From Raillietiella orientalis (lineage: Eukaryota), in NCBI GenBank assembly GCA_036172245.1, contig JAYWIR010000012.1, forward strand, positions 3,596,001 to 3,660,000: 64,000 nucleotides of DNA, given 5' to 3'. Positions within the stretch are counted from its first letter, which is position 1; every line of letters starts with the position of its first letter. The notes beneath the pieces are model-generated. The model did no database searches. It saw only the letters and a list, made by a program, of their open reading frames with translations, and was not told where the DNA came from. Positions 25,051-39,012 of the stretch are shown here, piece by piece. The translations under genes were made by a program, and so were the position numbers.

Positions 25051-28000
25051 TCGAAAGCTACAGGAACCCCAGCGGCGGTGATGTGCTGCCGCCTAGCATC
25101 TCTTCCTCCGATAGGCGAACGCGACCAGGAAAGTTCCCGAGCTTGTCCCTTCATCGTGGGGAGGGGGAGGGTGGGAAGGGGCGTGCCCGCAGCCCTACGG
25201 AGACGACCTACTGGTGACTGACTCCCTGGGCAGTTCGAAGGAGTCGCCGCCGCGCTTTCAGCCATTCGGCGCGTGAGGGGAGGGGAAGGAAACGGCAGCT
25301 GAGCGCACGAGGAGAGCGAGCCGGGAGCTTACAAGGAGTCACCACATAGAGCACGCCTGCTCGCGCACCGAAATTCAATAAGCGCGCGTTGAAGCGCGTC
25401 ACGGGCTGGCCGCGGACTCGGCGAGTCGTCGGCCTTTTCCCCCGCCCGTCGGTCCGGAGAACGGTGGACTGGGTAGGAGCGCGGCTCACGAAAGATCTCG
25501 GCGCGATGGGTGAGCCGGAGGGAGTGCGGAGAAGGCGCGCGGCAGCGGGGGGGGTAGGACAGTGCTCCCAGTGCAGCATCCGGAGCTGCTGCTCCGCGTC
25601 ACAGGCGAACGGTCCGGGGCGTGACCGCAACATCGGCAGCCACGCAGGGAGCCGTAAATACGCGGGTGGTCACTCTGGAAGAGGAATATTGGTCCCTCTT
25701 CCAAAGCGGACGGGGACCCCCCGTTCCTGCTCTGCGGGTGACGACAACGACTTCTCCCGCGCTCCATCCCCTTTCCTGGACGAGCGCCACTGCCCTCCTG
25801 TTTGCCGCTCTGCAGCGAGGGGCGTTCGACGTGCTGCCACCAGGAGGCAGCAGCTAACTACGCATCGGGAGGAGGGAAGCGGAATCGGGAATGAAGTGGA
25901 ACGGAGAGGAAGATCCGGTAGCGCGGCGACGGGTCTTCCCAAAACATTATCATTGTTGCGCTATCGTTGCCAGCTCACCTTGGCTACCATCGTAGCCGTA
26001 ATCACTGTTACCAGCTTTCTGTTGTTACCGTGCCAGTCGTCGTCACAGCTACCACTGTTCAATTTCCTTTTCTCCTGAAACCCTAGAGAGGTTCCGCCGG
26101 TTGCCGCGCAGCAGCGCCCAGCAGAGCGCAGGGCAACGAAGCCGTGCGCTCTTCAGCTCTTCAGACGGCGTTTCCTCAAGGAAGGTGAAAGCTGGGGTTC
26201 CCTTTCCCCTTTCCCTTTGGAGCGGTGACGGGGAGAGAGGGGACGGCCCGTCTCGGCGAACAGCACCCTCGAGCTTCACCCTCAAGGAAACCGAGGGCCC
26301 CTCTGGCCGGTGAGGGCTCTGGCTGAGGCGGCCTGCGCTACAGTCACGAACCTCTGCAGCGCAGAACGCTGGGCCGCGTTGCGTTGCTCCTGCCTAAGAA
26401 GGCACAGCGGGAGGAGGAGGAGGAACTGCCCCAGAAAGGCGCGGCTGTCGGATCCCTCTGCAGCGGCTGCGCTCAGGTCAGCAGAGGCGTCTTCGCCCCA
26501 GAGTCCTCGCCCCTTCGGCAGGAGGCCCATCGCCTCCTGCCGAAAGGGTGTAGGAGACGAGGACAGTAGGAAGCGGCAGAGCGAAGGGGCGTTTCTCTTC
26601 GTTTTGGAGCAGCTCCGTCGCATCCCTCGTCAACAGTGCCTCCCCCTCCTCATCCTGCTTGCTTCCTACCTTCAGATGAAGATTTTCGGGTCCATGGGAT
26701 CGGACGAAAGGTCGCATGAATGATGCACAGTGGAGGAAGCGCGAAAGCGGTGATGCGGAAGCGGCAGCACGCGATTCTACGGCCGCCTCAAATCCTAGGC
26801 GGAGGATGGTGTCATGAGGCGATGCGCGTCCCGGGAGAAGGGAGCCCTGGATTGTGTCGCACCGCCGCTGCCGGATGCAACAGCCAGAAGTCCCTGCTTT
26901 CCCCGAAGCCGCCTGACGTCCACGTCAGCCTCCCGCGAAACTGGCGCCTTCGTTGCGGCGACTGGAAACCATCCTAGAAATGTCCTCAGAACCGTGCGGT
27001 GTTCACTGGTGTTGTTTCAACTGACGGCACCACGGACTGGCTTTCCTTTTTCTCCTCCATCTCCTCTTTCTCTCTTCCTTCTCCTCCTCTTCCCTTCCTC
27101 CACTCCTCCTTTCCTTCTCCCCCCTTTCTGCTTCCCCTTCTTCCTCCTTCCCCCCTCCCCCCTATTGCTCGTCTTCTTCCTCCTCTCCTCATCCTTTTTC
27201 TCCTCCTCTTCTTTCTCCCTTCCACCTCATTTTTCTTCCCCTTCCCCCTTCCTCCTCCTCTGATCCCGCTCCTCCGGAAGAAGGGATAGGGGAGCTGCCG
27301 CGTCATGGCCGGTGGTGGAGCCCTGCCGTTGCAGAGGCTCCGTGTCCTGCCGTTTTCGGAGAGTGGCGCTCGCTCGCGCGCACGCGGTGGCGGCCCGCAA
27401 GCTTCCAGGCGTCCCGCCGCGGCGCGTTCGTCGCCGCCGTGGGCAGACGCCGTCGGGCAGGCAAGCGCGAAAGAAAGGAAGGGGGAGGAGGGGGCGGACT
27501 GTGGAACGAGGGGAGGGGGGAGGGAGGGGCGAGAAGCGGTGCGAGGGCGCGCCGCGGGTGCCCCTCGGCCGAACTCGCGCCACGCACGTCGGCGCCGGCG
27601 GCTGTCGAGTCGCCCGCGGACTCGACAGCCGCCCGCGGGGCGTCCCAAGGTCACCGCGCCCTTCTCCCCCCCCCTCCCCTCCCTCCCTCACCTGCTCTCT
27701 CCTGCGGCGCGGCGCGGCGCAGCGGCGGCGGCTCCACCAGTCGCCGCCTCCCAGCTGGCTGCCCACGCGTTCCTCGCTCTCTCATTCGCAGCTGCTGCGG
27801 CCCCTTGTGCTCCCCCTCCCCCCTTTCCCCCGCGAGCCCCGAGGCAGTGACGAGGCCCCGAGGCACGCGCGCTTTCCTTTGTGTCCTGCCGGCGCACGCG
27901 GGGAGACCGCGGTCCCCCCCTCCTCTCGTTCGCCTTTCCCGGGTGCGACGGGATCGTCCGGGTTGCTCTCCGTGCCTGGAAGGGGCTCTTCCGGCATCCT

Positions 28001-31000
28001 CATCCTCCTTCACCCTCCCAGTGGCGGCGTTCACCCCCGGGGGAGGAGGTCCTTCCCGGTCCGGACAAGGAGGCAGGCGGCGGCGGTGGGGAGACCGCCT
28101 CGGCTCTTATCTGGCGTCCCTCGTATGAAGTCGGGGTGACCGAGAGGAGAAAAAAGGTGGACCTCTGTCCCTTCCATCGGCTCCCCTCCCCCTCCCCCCT
28201 TTGAATGCGATGGCAGGTCCGCCTGGGGTGACGGCGGCGCGTGCCCGCGATGAACGTCTGGACGCCGCCCGCGGCGAGTGAGCGAACCTCGACGGGAAGA
28301 CGGCGAAGGAAGGGGGCGGAGGAGAGGAGAGAGGAGGTCCTGCCATCCCTGCGGGGGCCGAGGAACTTTTCCCTGCCGAAGGGTAGCCCGCCCTTCGGGG
28401 AGGGCGACGAGCGAGGGTCGGGCGGAGCGCGCGCACGCCGGGAGAGTCGGGGAGGGGGAGGGGGCGTCTATTTTCGGAGAGACGCCGCCGCCGCGAGAGC
28501 GGGCGTCTCTCGAAGGGGGCGTTTCGCCAGGCGCCACGTCGGCGTCGGAGTGTCGGCAGGGCGCGCGCGCACGCGCAGGATGCCGTCGCGACGCGCAGGC
28601 GGCGCCTCCTCCCCCCGCGTCTCTGCCGCCGCCGCTTCTCTGGCGCGGCGCTGCTCCACGCCGTCGTCGTCGGCAGCAGCAACGTAGAGGTGAGCGGCAG
28701 GGGTGGGGAGCGAGTCGGCCCCCTCTCTCCATTCGCCGCAGTGACTCCGCAACCTCGACGGGGCAGCTAAGAGGGAGGGAGGAGGAGGACCGAGGAAGCG
28801 GCGCAGCGCGTCGCCATCGAGACCTTGAAGCTCGGGGGCGCTCTGCAAGCGGATGGACGCAGCCGCTCTCACGCGGCCGCCAGATGTGGCGGCGGCCGCT
28901 GCCTTCCCCACGCGGCGGAAGGAACGGGAGGAGGAGGAGGGGAGAGGAGTCGCAGCCGACCACTCCGCCCGGAACGCGTCACCAGGGTGATAGGCAGGCA
29001 GGGCTCTCGCGCCACCGAAGCAGGCCGACCGCCTGAGGGTCTTGCGTCGGGCGGGCAGGGCGAACGCAGCGAGCGCTCGCAACCTTCCCTCGCCGGGACG
29101 TGTTGCCGTCCCGCAGGCGGGGGAGGCAGCGGGAGCGTCCAGTCGGCCAGCCGCACGGCGCTACCCTCCCTCCCCCTCCTCCGAAGGGACGGACGCGTCC
29201 GGCGGTGCGCCCGGCGTTCCCGCGGGTGGCGGCGGAGAAAAGGCGCGCCCGTTGTTTACCGGCTGCGGAGAGCCGCCGCCCTTCGGACGCGCCCCCAGCC
29301 AGTCGGGGAGGATCCGCCGCCGTCCTCGCGTGTAACGGGTGGCTGCATTCCTGCGTATTTGCGATCGACCTGCGCGCCCTCCGAAACCATGGATACGCGG
29401 GAAAGAACTGCTGCTGGAGACGCGCGAGCCCCGCCTGCATGCCCGCGGCGCCCCCGCGCGCGCGGGCGAACCCTTGTGGAGGTACGCTGCGGTTGTACAC
29501 ACTTGAGTGTACAGCCTCCCCGATGCGACGCCCTCAGCTCCGTACCACCGCCGGGAGGCACCTCCCCGTGCATCCGCTCACCACCTTTTTCCCTCCGTGT
29601 TCAAGCGCGAAGATCAGTGCGCATGCGTTCCCGCTCTTCCCTCTCTCTGCACACTTACACCCTCGTGCGCGTGTGCAGGAGACACGGAATACACCCCTTC
29701 CTTCCTTCCTTCTCCCTGAACACGTACACCTGCGCTTGTTTGTACAGAGATGTACACATTCTGCGCATCATATTTTCTACCCGGCACGCGTGGAAGTGGT
29801 TCACGCGCATGAACATGCTCAACTTTCTGCATCCACGACCGCGTGTACAGGCATGCGTGCTCCCGAGGATGTGTGCTCGTGCAGGGTTCGTCCTGCTCAG
29901 AGGGACGCCCACTGCATGTGTGGACGCGAGATGTGCCTCAGGGCGCCCGGTCCCCAGAAGGACGCTGCGGGGCGCTCCCGCGATCTTTTTTTGTGCGGCT
30001 CCACGGATCTCGTGACGCAGTGATGGTCAGTGGGCGCACGTCGGCAACGCCTCCGAGGTCGAGAACGCTCGCAGCGGTGATGGTGACGCGCGTCCGATTC
30101 GCCTCTCCCCCCTCCCCCTCCCGTCCCCCTCCTTCGCGCCTTCCTCGGCGCTCCGAGGAGGCGGAGAGGCCGCTGCGGCCTCCCGCGCGCGAAGCGCCCA
30201 GGGACTCCGGCCGAGCCAGAAGTCCTCCGGGAGCCTGGGCGGTGGGCCCCGGTTCCCCCTCTCTTGGGGGCTGCAGGGAGCCAGTCGAGCGGGGGTTACC
30301 TCCCCCCCGCGCCCCGCCTTGGAAAACGTACGCGCGGTCCCTCGGGACTCCGCCGCCGCGGCCCACTCCCTGCCCGGCGGTCGTCTTCTCTCCCAGGCCA
30401 AAACGAATCGTCGTAGGAGGCCACGGGGTGCCTGTGGGCTCCCTCCCTCCCCCTTCCCCTCTGCACGGCGAACGCAGCTTTGCCTCCCTCCCGTCTGTTC
30501 GGAGGACGCGCGACCACTGTTTCGTCGTGACTGCAGGAAACCACGTGACCACTCTCATGGTCATCGCTACTTCCCTGCGGACTCCCGCCCGAGACCTGGA
30601 ATGTAAGGGGTGGGGTGGGAGGACAGCGCCTCCTTTCCCTCAGCCGCAAGAAGCTCTCGTGTTTTCCCTTCGCGTCGCGGTGCCGGGTTGGGGTGGAGGG
30701 CGCTGGGCCAGTCTAGTCGCTCCGGACCCTTTCGCCTCCGAATGGTGGTGCCCCCGATGGGAGCCTCCCGGTAGGCAGACTCGCCAACGGCGACCGAGGG
30801 GACGAACCGGCAACCTTACCGGAAATTTCCGGAAAACGGGAGGCCCCAGAGCAAGCGATCCTCCGCCTCTCGTCACCGAGCCCCGAGGCTACTTCGGGCA
30901 CCGGGGTCCCGCGATAGAGAGGCGTCGACACCCTGAAAGGGGAGGGAGGAGGTAGGGACATCCTTCTGACCTCGAAGGGGCGCGCTGGGAAGGATTCGTT

Positions 31001-34000
31001 CCCCCGGCCCTTCTTCCTCCCCGACCGCCATGCGACAGCCGCATCCAGGCTGTTCAGGGGGAGGAGGACCGGGTCGATGGCGAAGGAAGGCCGGCTCGAG
31101 TCTTCCCGTGGTGCGGAAGGTCCTTCGGACCCGCTCTCCGTCCCGCCTCCGAGGAGCGAAGCCCCGGGGGTTCGAAGGGTCCTTGTCTCCACGGCAACGG
31201 CCATGCGGGGGTGGGTTGGAGGGTGGGAAGGAAGAAAAAGGCGAGACGGAGGCAGGCGAACGCGCCCCCCTTCTGTCGGACGGCGGAGAGAAAGAAAGGC
31301 GCGCACGCGCAGCGCGCTCCTTCCCGCTGGCGCGCGTGCCGGCTGGTTGCCGCTTCGACCTCTGCGATCCCGCCTGACCCCCCTCCTCTCCTCTCCCGTT
31401 CGCTTCGTGCGACTCCCGGGAGATGGCGGGACTCGGGCTAGGAGAGGGAGGGAGGTGCCCCATCGCCATCGGCGGCAGCATATCCGAACAGAGCCGCGGG
31501 ACAGAAAGGTCACCAGCCCGGGTGGCCCCCGAGATAGGAGGGGTCCGGAGTCTGTCGCCACTCGCCGGATCACTCCCGGCGCGCGGAGGGAGGAAGACTC
31601 CGGGACCTCGCTGGGAGTCTGGGGCTACCGCCGAGGTCGGCGTCACCGCGGCCCCGGACGAGCTGCGCCCACCGTCCGGTCCTCGTCCGTGGGCAGGACG
31701 GACGCTCCAGGAGGCCGGAACGCCTCGCTTCCGGATGGTCGGGTGGGTGGGCGTGTGGACCGCCGTCCGTCCGCGGCGCGACCCGGTCGCTCCGGCGGCG
31801 TTCGAGTCGCCGGCCATGGCAACCGGCGCCTCCGAGAACGCGGGTTTCAGCCGGATGCGCGTAGGCTGCACCTGCGCACTCTCTCTCCCGCGGCGCTGGG
31901 TGCGAGGGGGTGGACGCAGCGGACAAGAAGCTGACCCCCCCTCCCCCCCTTTGTGGGTCCGGACCTCCACCGCTAGGCACACCCGGGCTGCGGATCCTTT
32001 TGGAGCATTGCCGGAAGGAAGGAAGGAGCAAAATAGGGGAAGAGAAAAAGATTCTGGAAACTGAGGAAGTGACCTCTCTATGCGTGGGATGACCAGCTGA
32101 GACTCCAAGGTGCCTGCCCGCAGAGGCCGGGTGAGCGCGCGCGCTCTTTGAGCCCTCTCCCCTCCTCGTCCTCCTTTTCTTGCAAGGACCTTGCGCTTTG
32201 GGAACGCCGTGGGATGCAATCGATGCCGCAAGGGCCTTCCCGACTCTTCGCCGAGCCCGGAACGCGTCCTCCTCCTACCCTTCCCTCCCCCCGTCGAGCG
32301 AGCGCGTTTCCACGAGACGTGGATTTTCGTTTCAGTCAGCACGGCGCTTTCAAGGACGCATCCGCAGTTTCCAAGCGAGGCGTGGATATCGCGCCCTACG
32401 TCCGTGCAGGAAAGCGTCCGTGGTCTCCCTTGGCAACGGTCGCGCAGCGCCGGAGAAAAATGAAACGCAAGAGGTAACGGATCTCCGGGGCATCTTCTTC
32501 CCGCCGGCCCGCGCGTCTCCTGGAAGAGGGGAATCGCGGGCATCGACGGCTGTTCGTCCCTAGTTAGGGCGCGGGCTGCAAGGTAGAAAAGAGGGCGAGC
32601 GCCCCCTTCTTCGCGCGTGGGGCATCGTGGAACGAGCTGCGATCCCAGTCGCGCGTGCGCAGCCGTCGTCTCCGCGGCCCGGCCGCGCAGCGCGAGCGGA
32701 CGGCGAGGCGTTTTCGTCGTTCGCGCTTTGCAAAGGAAAGCGCACCGCCGCCGCCACCGCCGTCCGTGCGGATCGCGCGCCGCCATCATCGATCGCCCGC
32801 TGCCCCAACTCTCTCCGCGTGGGAAGGGGCCCGGAGGAATCCACATCCCTACGGTTCTTTTCCCAGATGCGCGCCTGTTTCGCCGGGCCCGCATTGGACG
32901 GCGCGAGGGATTCCAGGAGCTGCATGCGTCGCCACAAGCAACCGCGCGACCTTTCAGACAGTGAGGCGAGCGGATCGGAAAAACAAAGAAGAAAAAAAAA
33001 TGGCGCGTTCGGTCGGTTGGGGCGAAGCAGCGGTGCAGCCAGGCTGGCGCACAGGACCGGGGAGCCGAGTCCGTGTCGAGGTGTATCGCGGGCTGGCGAA
33101 AATCGTACACCACCACTCGGGAGCCCTTTGCTCCCGGAACGGAAAACCCGGAGGACAAAGCGGCGTGGTTAGCTGATTGGGCTTTCCCTTCGTTTGGTGC
33201 CAGCTATCGATCTCTTCCCCCCTTTCGACTCCGGGATCGCGGCGGTTTCGGGTGCAGCGGCGACTTGAAGGGAGAACGTTCACGTTCCTCGGGCGGAAGA
33301 AGAGGGGGGGGGCAAATGGCTCCTTGCTTTTGAGATCGAGGTGCCTGCGCTTTTTGTGCGTGAAAGCGCCATCCATTCGGTACGAGCATTACAATGTATC
33401 TGACGCAGAAAAATCGGAAGAACACGCTGACCACTCCGGCGGCGGTCTGAAGCGAGAAGAAGCCTCTTCTTCCGGAAATGTCCTCTTCCCCTCCTCCTTC
33501 CCTCGTTCGCCAGGACGGGAACATCCACGGGAGGATCACGGAACGGGAATGACTCCTCCCTACGCCGAACTCGTTCCGAGTGAAAGCTTGCTCTCATCCT
33601 CCCCCCCGCCCCCACACACACACAGCTTGAGGAGGAGGAGGAGGAATGCAGGGAAACGGGAATTCGGGAACCGCGCTGCGAGCCGACTGACGACGAGCTG
33701 CCTGGAGGATACGCAGCGGCTTTTCGGTCGGAACGGCGAACGTCGCCGTTCGCAGGCTTCTGCAATGTGACTTTGACGGTTCGCAGACGGGGGCCGTGCG
33801 GGGCAAGGACAGCGCGCGGCGTTGTGGAACTGCCGCCGGGCAATTGTGAGGTTTCCGAATAGGCGGCGGCGGCGACATGCGATATGTGAAGTGCCGTGTC
33901 CGAAAGCGAAGGAATGCGCGAGCAGCAGCAGCAGCAGCATCGGCAGGGAAGCGTTTTCGAGCGCGAAACGCGCGCGCTCGCGGTGCGTCGTCGCCGTCGC

Positions 34001-34137
34001 ATCGGCGGCCAAGAGGCGTCCTGCGACCTCAAGGCGGACCTTCGCCGCATTTGCTGCGAGAGAACCGTGCAAGGCAGTCCCTCCTCCTCCTCCCCCTCCC
34101 CCTCCCCCTCCTCCAAAAAAAAGGGGGGGGGGAACGG

Positions 34138-34177
<40 letters not shown>

Positions 34178-37160
34178 AAGGCAGGAGTGAATGGGAGGGA
34201 GCCTGTTACCCTGTGACCTCGAGCGCACTTCCGAGACGCGCGGTGGTCACTCGACGAACGAAGAACAGTTTCCCGTGCGCCCTCATCTGCGGGCCCTGTT
34301 CGATCGAGTTTTGTGCTACCGCCGCAAGTGTGCCACAGAAGCAGCGAGAACAAACGACCCCTGAGAAGGCCGCCGACAGAGCCTCGCAAAGTTCGGCTGG
34401 ACTCCACCCACGCACCCCCTTCCTCTTCCTCCCCCCCCCCTCCCCTCCCCGCAGGCACGAGAACGATCCACGGCGCATGCTCGGTGGTGATTGATGCAGG
34501 TTCATTTTTTCCTTGTTTTGGTAAACCGAAAGGCGATTTCCATTAGCGAAACGGATCTGGACCACGGGAGAGCTCGCATCTCTCGCCGTCCACCACTTCC
34601 GAGATGAACGGTGCGTTCGTCCCTCCGGTGACCGTGCGAATTAGCCGGCGAGGAGTGGGGGGGGGGGGCGAGGAGGCGAAAAAGACGCACCGTTCTTCTG
34701 GCGGGGAACTCGCGGTAATTCTTTTGCGCGTTGTGGGAAAGGCGGCGGTATGGGGCGGAGGGGGTCATCGAGTACTTTCGTTGGACAGGTCAGAGTGCTC
34801 TGTCGTTCGTGCAAAGACAGCGTGACCTCCTCCGGACCGTGGGCGCCGGACCCCGAGTGCCGGATGACCGCGTGGAGTCGACCACGAAGCCCACGGTCGT
34901 TTCCCCCTCCCTCTTTCTGCCCCCTGCACCTTCTCTGTGTTTTGAGGAGTCCCTCCTTTCCCCTCCCTCCCCCCCCGCTCGTTCCTCTCTTGCTTGCAGG
35001 CGCACCTGCGGTCACGCGAAGAGGAAGGAAGACGAGGAGGGAGTCAGCGGGACGCGCGCGCGAACCGCCGACGCCGACGAGGAATTTTTCGTCTGGAACG
35101 GCCCCGCGCGCTTTTCGGCCCCCGCCAGCATCACGCGGGAGCGGCTCTTCGCGCGATGGCGCGCGCGAGCTTCCACCGTCTGCGATGGCAGGGGATGTTT
35201 CCCTCGCGCCCCCGTGCGTCGTCGGGTCGACATGGCGGCGGTTTTTCGACCCGTCTCTTGGAATGACGCGGGCGGTCCGCGGCGTCACGCGTTCCACCTC
35301 GAAAGAAGTCGAGTGTTCCCTCTTGCCCCCCCCTCCTCCGCCCCCCCTTCTTTTTTTTTTTTTTCGATTCTTTTTTCGCAACGTCCAGCGTGCTGCGGCG
35401 GCGGAGACGATGATGCGCTGCAGGTGTCACGAAACGACGCCGTAGACTGCAGTCCTCCTACCACCAGGATCACCTCGGGGTCCGAACCTTCTCCCCGAAG
35501 GGGGCCTTTCCAAAAGGGGAACAACACGGTTCCAAAAGTTCGTTCCCCCTCTCCGTTTTCCGGCCCTTAAAAAACCGGTACCCCTTCCCTTTGTGGAGAT
35601 GTTGGATGGGGTGGTCACTCTCCAGGAAGGAATTCGAGGGGGAGGGAGGGTCCCTGGGTGCAGCATTGGCGGTTGCAAAAATAACCTCTTGCACTCTGTT
35701 CCAGGCAAGACCTTATCCACTTATCTTTTTCCAACTGCAGGCGAGATAACCACTGCTGCGTAGTCGTCATCCATCGTTTTCAGATGGAGAGATAGCTCAG
35801 CTGTGTGATCGAGTCTTACGTGAAGGATTGGGTTTCTCATTTCTTCTTCGCCCTCCGGCACCCGAAATGCCGTGCTTGCTGGCGGCCGAGACGAACAGGC
35901 GAATTCGCCGGCCGACTAATCTGTAATCTGTTTGTTGACTCGAGGTTCGACTTTTTCTCCCCCCCCACCCCCACCCCCCACCCCACCCCAGTAACTGGAT
36001 CCTTTGTCGAGAAGCAGCTTCTTCATTATTGAGTGATTCAGGGATTACAAGGGAAGATGGTAACATACGATAGTTCTCGGATTACCGGGACGGCTTGGAT
36101 TTTCTGGCTCCAAGCATAAGAGGATTGAATTCGAATCTGGAGCTTCGTGGTCAAAGCAACAGAGTCGTAAGGATGCTTCAATACCATAAGCTTTGAAATC
36201 AGTGACGTAACAAATTGTTTCCATCGCCATGGCGGCAGAGTGAAAAATGAGTACCACGTTTCGTTTCCGTAGATGAAGAGGCAAAAACGAGGGGAAAAAA
36301 AAAAAAAAAAAAAAACAAAGCATTTGTGGTCCTCGAAAGCATCTGTTTTAATCCATGTCTTTCCGCGTGGCCTTTTCAGTTGGTTCCTTATAAAAAAGAA
36401 ATAGTGCGTGAGCCCTCATGTTTTTTTTTTTTTTTCCAACTTTGGGTGTGTTTTCATAATGGGTATGTGCGATCGACTGTCACCGGTTGCCGAAAGTTCT
36501 GTGCTCTTCAGTCAGCGTTAAACTGCAGAGGCTTGTTTCCCTTTTTTTTTAAGGGGGGGGGGGGGGGATGAACCCGTGAAACTGAAAACTGATGTCTTTC
36601 GATGATGCGATTTTTCCCCTTCGTTTTTGCCACTCTTGTCGCCGTCTGAATAAGGAAGTGAAGGAAATGACACAGTCGAAAGAAAAAAAATTAAGCAGAA
36701 TGAAAATCGGTTGCGTGCAGTTTTGTGTCGGTATTGGGACACTTGGAAACGATCTTTACGAGCGGCTTTGTTGATGCTACATGACGATTCGCCTCTCTCA
36801 GAGAGCATTGTCTTTTCCGTCGTCATGGAGGCATTTTCTGGAACGTATCGCGTTGGGTCAAATGACTCTTATGCCTGGGAAACCAGAATTGGGACACGAA
36901 GATCGAGACAATATAAACTTACAACCTCAGTAGGAAAAATTACACATACACAAAAAAAAATCATCTCCATACTTCATGGAGCCACAAGTAGTAATAGATA
37001 GACCCTGCTTCATTCATTAACCCAATCAGCGGAGCATTAAAGCCCGTTTACGTTTTGATGGTGAGACGCCGAATTTGTAATGTGTGAGTAAATGTAGTGA
37101 AAGATTCGAGATGACGTAAATGATCGAACTTCAGACAGCAGCATACGTGGGAATGTCCCG

Positions 37161-37191
<31 letters not shown>

Positions 37192-38006
37192 GGAAACCAA
37201 TGGCAACACATCTTCAAAGTGCGGTAGGAAGCTGTGGAAGCCGACACGTTGCCACTCCCGGAACCTGGAGTCCCCCCCCACTGGGAAGAAGGAGATGGGA
37301 ATTTCTGGATTCTTGCGGAGGGGGGCACGGCAATGCAATTTACGAATCTTTTGTTTTCTTCTTCTTCCCCCGCAGATGATATCACATAGCCTTTTTCGTG
37401 GCGTGCTGCACTCGCGTATGAGAGTCGATCCCTTTTGCTTCCCGGTTTTAGAAGGCAATTACGAACATCCGTGCATGAAATCTGGAATTTTCGGAAACTG
37501 CTTCGTTGCCATTTTTCTTCTTCTTCTTCTTCCTCCTTCTCCCAACCGAAGACGATAAACGAACGGTGCAGACCACGGAATCCCCGACGTTTCGTAGGGC
37601 TGCCGCGGAAGCGCCGATTGGTTTTTTTTTTTTTTTTCTCTCTCTCTCTCTCTCTTTTCCTGGCCCCCCACACACAGTCGGAACCGAACGAATATCTCGG
37701 CAGAACACGTTAGCCCCGAAAAGAACCTGCAAATAATAATAATAATAATAACAACAACAACAACAATAATAATAATAATAATATCAACTCGCACCTCCGC
37801 GTGTACCATCTGCCCGTACTTAAATCCATCGAACGAAAAAAAAGGAAAAAGAAGGAAAAAGAAGGGGGGGGGGGAAAAAAAGGAGAAAGAAGGAGAGAAA
37901 AAAAAAAAAACGAAAAAGAAAAAAAACCGCGATAGTTTCCGATGCATTTGCGCATTCGGTTCTACATCCTTATGATTTGACGCGAAGCTTCATGGAAAGT
38001 GCAAAC

Positions 38007-38078
38007 AAAAGTTCTCATATGGCTGCATACTGTATGTGAAGAAAAAGTTCTCATATGGCGGTGTACTGCATGTGAAAA
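38007..38078. repeat. Two-copy tandem repeat of about 36 bp upstream of locus B
   Basis: aaaagttctcatatggctgcatactgtatgtgaaga followed by aaaagttctcatatggcggtgtactgcatgtgaaaa. Confidence 0.85.
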
Positions 38079-38199
38079 GTATAAGGAAACGAAAATCCTA
38101 AAGGTAAGGAAGGTTGCACAGTTGCGACGAGTGTGTTATCTGTCTAATGAGCCATCAGGGCAACGCTAATTCCACAAATTAAATAGTTTCAAAAGTATT

Positions 38200-38260
38200 T
38201 CTCTAGGTGACGTGATTGATAAAATGGCGTCAAGCGTCACAGCTAGGCGTAGCGAGGATT
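38200..38260 (+). promoter_or_regulatory. Candidate promoter / transcription-start region of locus B
   Basis: GTGACGTG (CRE/E-box-like) and AAAATGGCG (YY1/Pleiohomeotic-type motif, 38221-38229), about 0.55 kb upstream of the acceptor of the ATG exon. Motif inference only. Confidence 0.3.
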
Positions 38261-38673
38261 GTGGCGTCCGTTTTCTGGTGATAAAGGGAGGCTATGTGAA
38301 GTTGTGAAAAATACTGTGGGCAAATTGATTGGATGTGATTAAATAGTGTTTGATAATACGTCCTTTTTTTTTTTTTATGTATTGCCTTTATGCAGTTGTA
38401 TGTTGTAGTGTAGCAGCCTTTTGCACAAGAACCTTTCGTTGCGATGCATGCATAAAAGTTTGCAACAAAAGAGTACTACTATCGGGGCATCAGTTATCGA
38501 AAAAAAAGAAAAAAAGATACGTTTTTGAAACAGTAAAACTTAATATGTGCGTGAAGTATTTGTTTACTGTGTAGGTTGCATTCATTTGCTGCAGTCAAAG
38601 GATTACACTTTTTTTATTTTTGACTATTTGCTGTCCGTTCTGTGTGTGTACCCGTTGGTTTCTTTTTTTTTGT

Positions 38674-38707
<34 letters not shown>

Positions 38708-38798
38708 TGTTTCAAGTTCTCTCAAAATATTTTAAAATTATTTCTTTTTAATTTTAGTATCTTTATAATTCATAAATTATTATACAGTGTTGCCCATA

Positions 38799-38966
38799 AT
38801 GGAACAACAATTTTGTTTACGCTGGAATAATCATCAGAGTACTCTTATCACAGTCTTAGATAGTTTATTAACTAATGAAAGGCTAGTAGATGTTACCTTA
38901 ACTGCAGAAGGACAAATGATAGGAGCTCATAAGGTAGTTTTATCTGCCTGTAGTCCATATTTTGAG
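38799..38966 (+). CDS. lola: Locus B constant coding exon 1: N-terminal half of a Tramtrack-type BTB domain, longitudinals lacking-like
   Basis: [56 protein letters not shown]. The [15 protein letters not shown] start is characteristic of Lola. Acceptor at 38786-38787 lies upstream of the ATG; donor GAG|GTAAAT. Confidence 0.95.
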
Positions 38967-39012
38967 GTAAATCTTACTATTGCTAAATACGTTGTATTAT
39001 ATTTTAATGTAG

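Larger units (their letters stand above)
13750..35700. other. GC- and CpG-rich, low-complexity block with no recognisable gene
   Basis: Visibly far richer in G+C and CG than the flanks, with many polypurine/polypyrimidine and homopolymer tracts. Overlapping Arg/Pro/Gly/Ser-rich ORFs in all six frames carry no domain motifs. Confidence 0.7.

Noticed and set aside
29618..29627. TGCGCATGCG NRF-1-like binding motif (similar one near 21506)
   Set aside because: Expected by chance in a GC-rich block full of alternating purine-pyrimidine runs.
30873..33158. 761-aa minus-strand ORF, and other long ORFs such as 17408-18952, 28825-30015 and 33280-34458
   Set aside because: They are Arg/Pro/Gly/Ala-rich, carry no domain motifs, overlap ORFs in the other frames and run through homopolymers. 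This is expected from stop-codon scarcity in GC-rich DNA.
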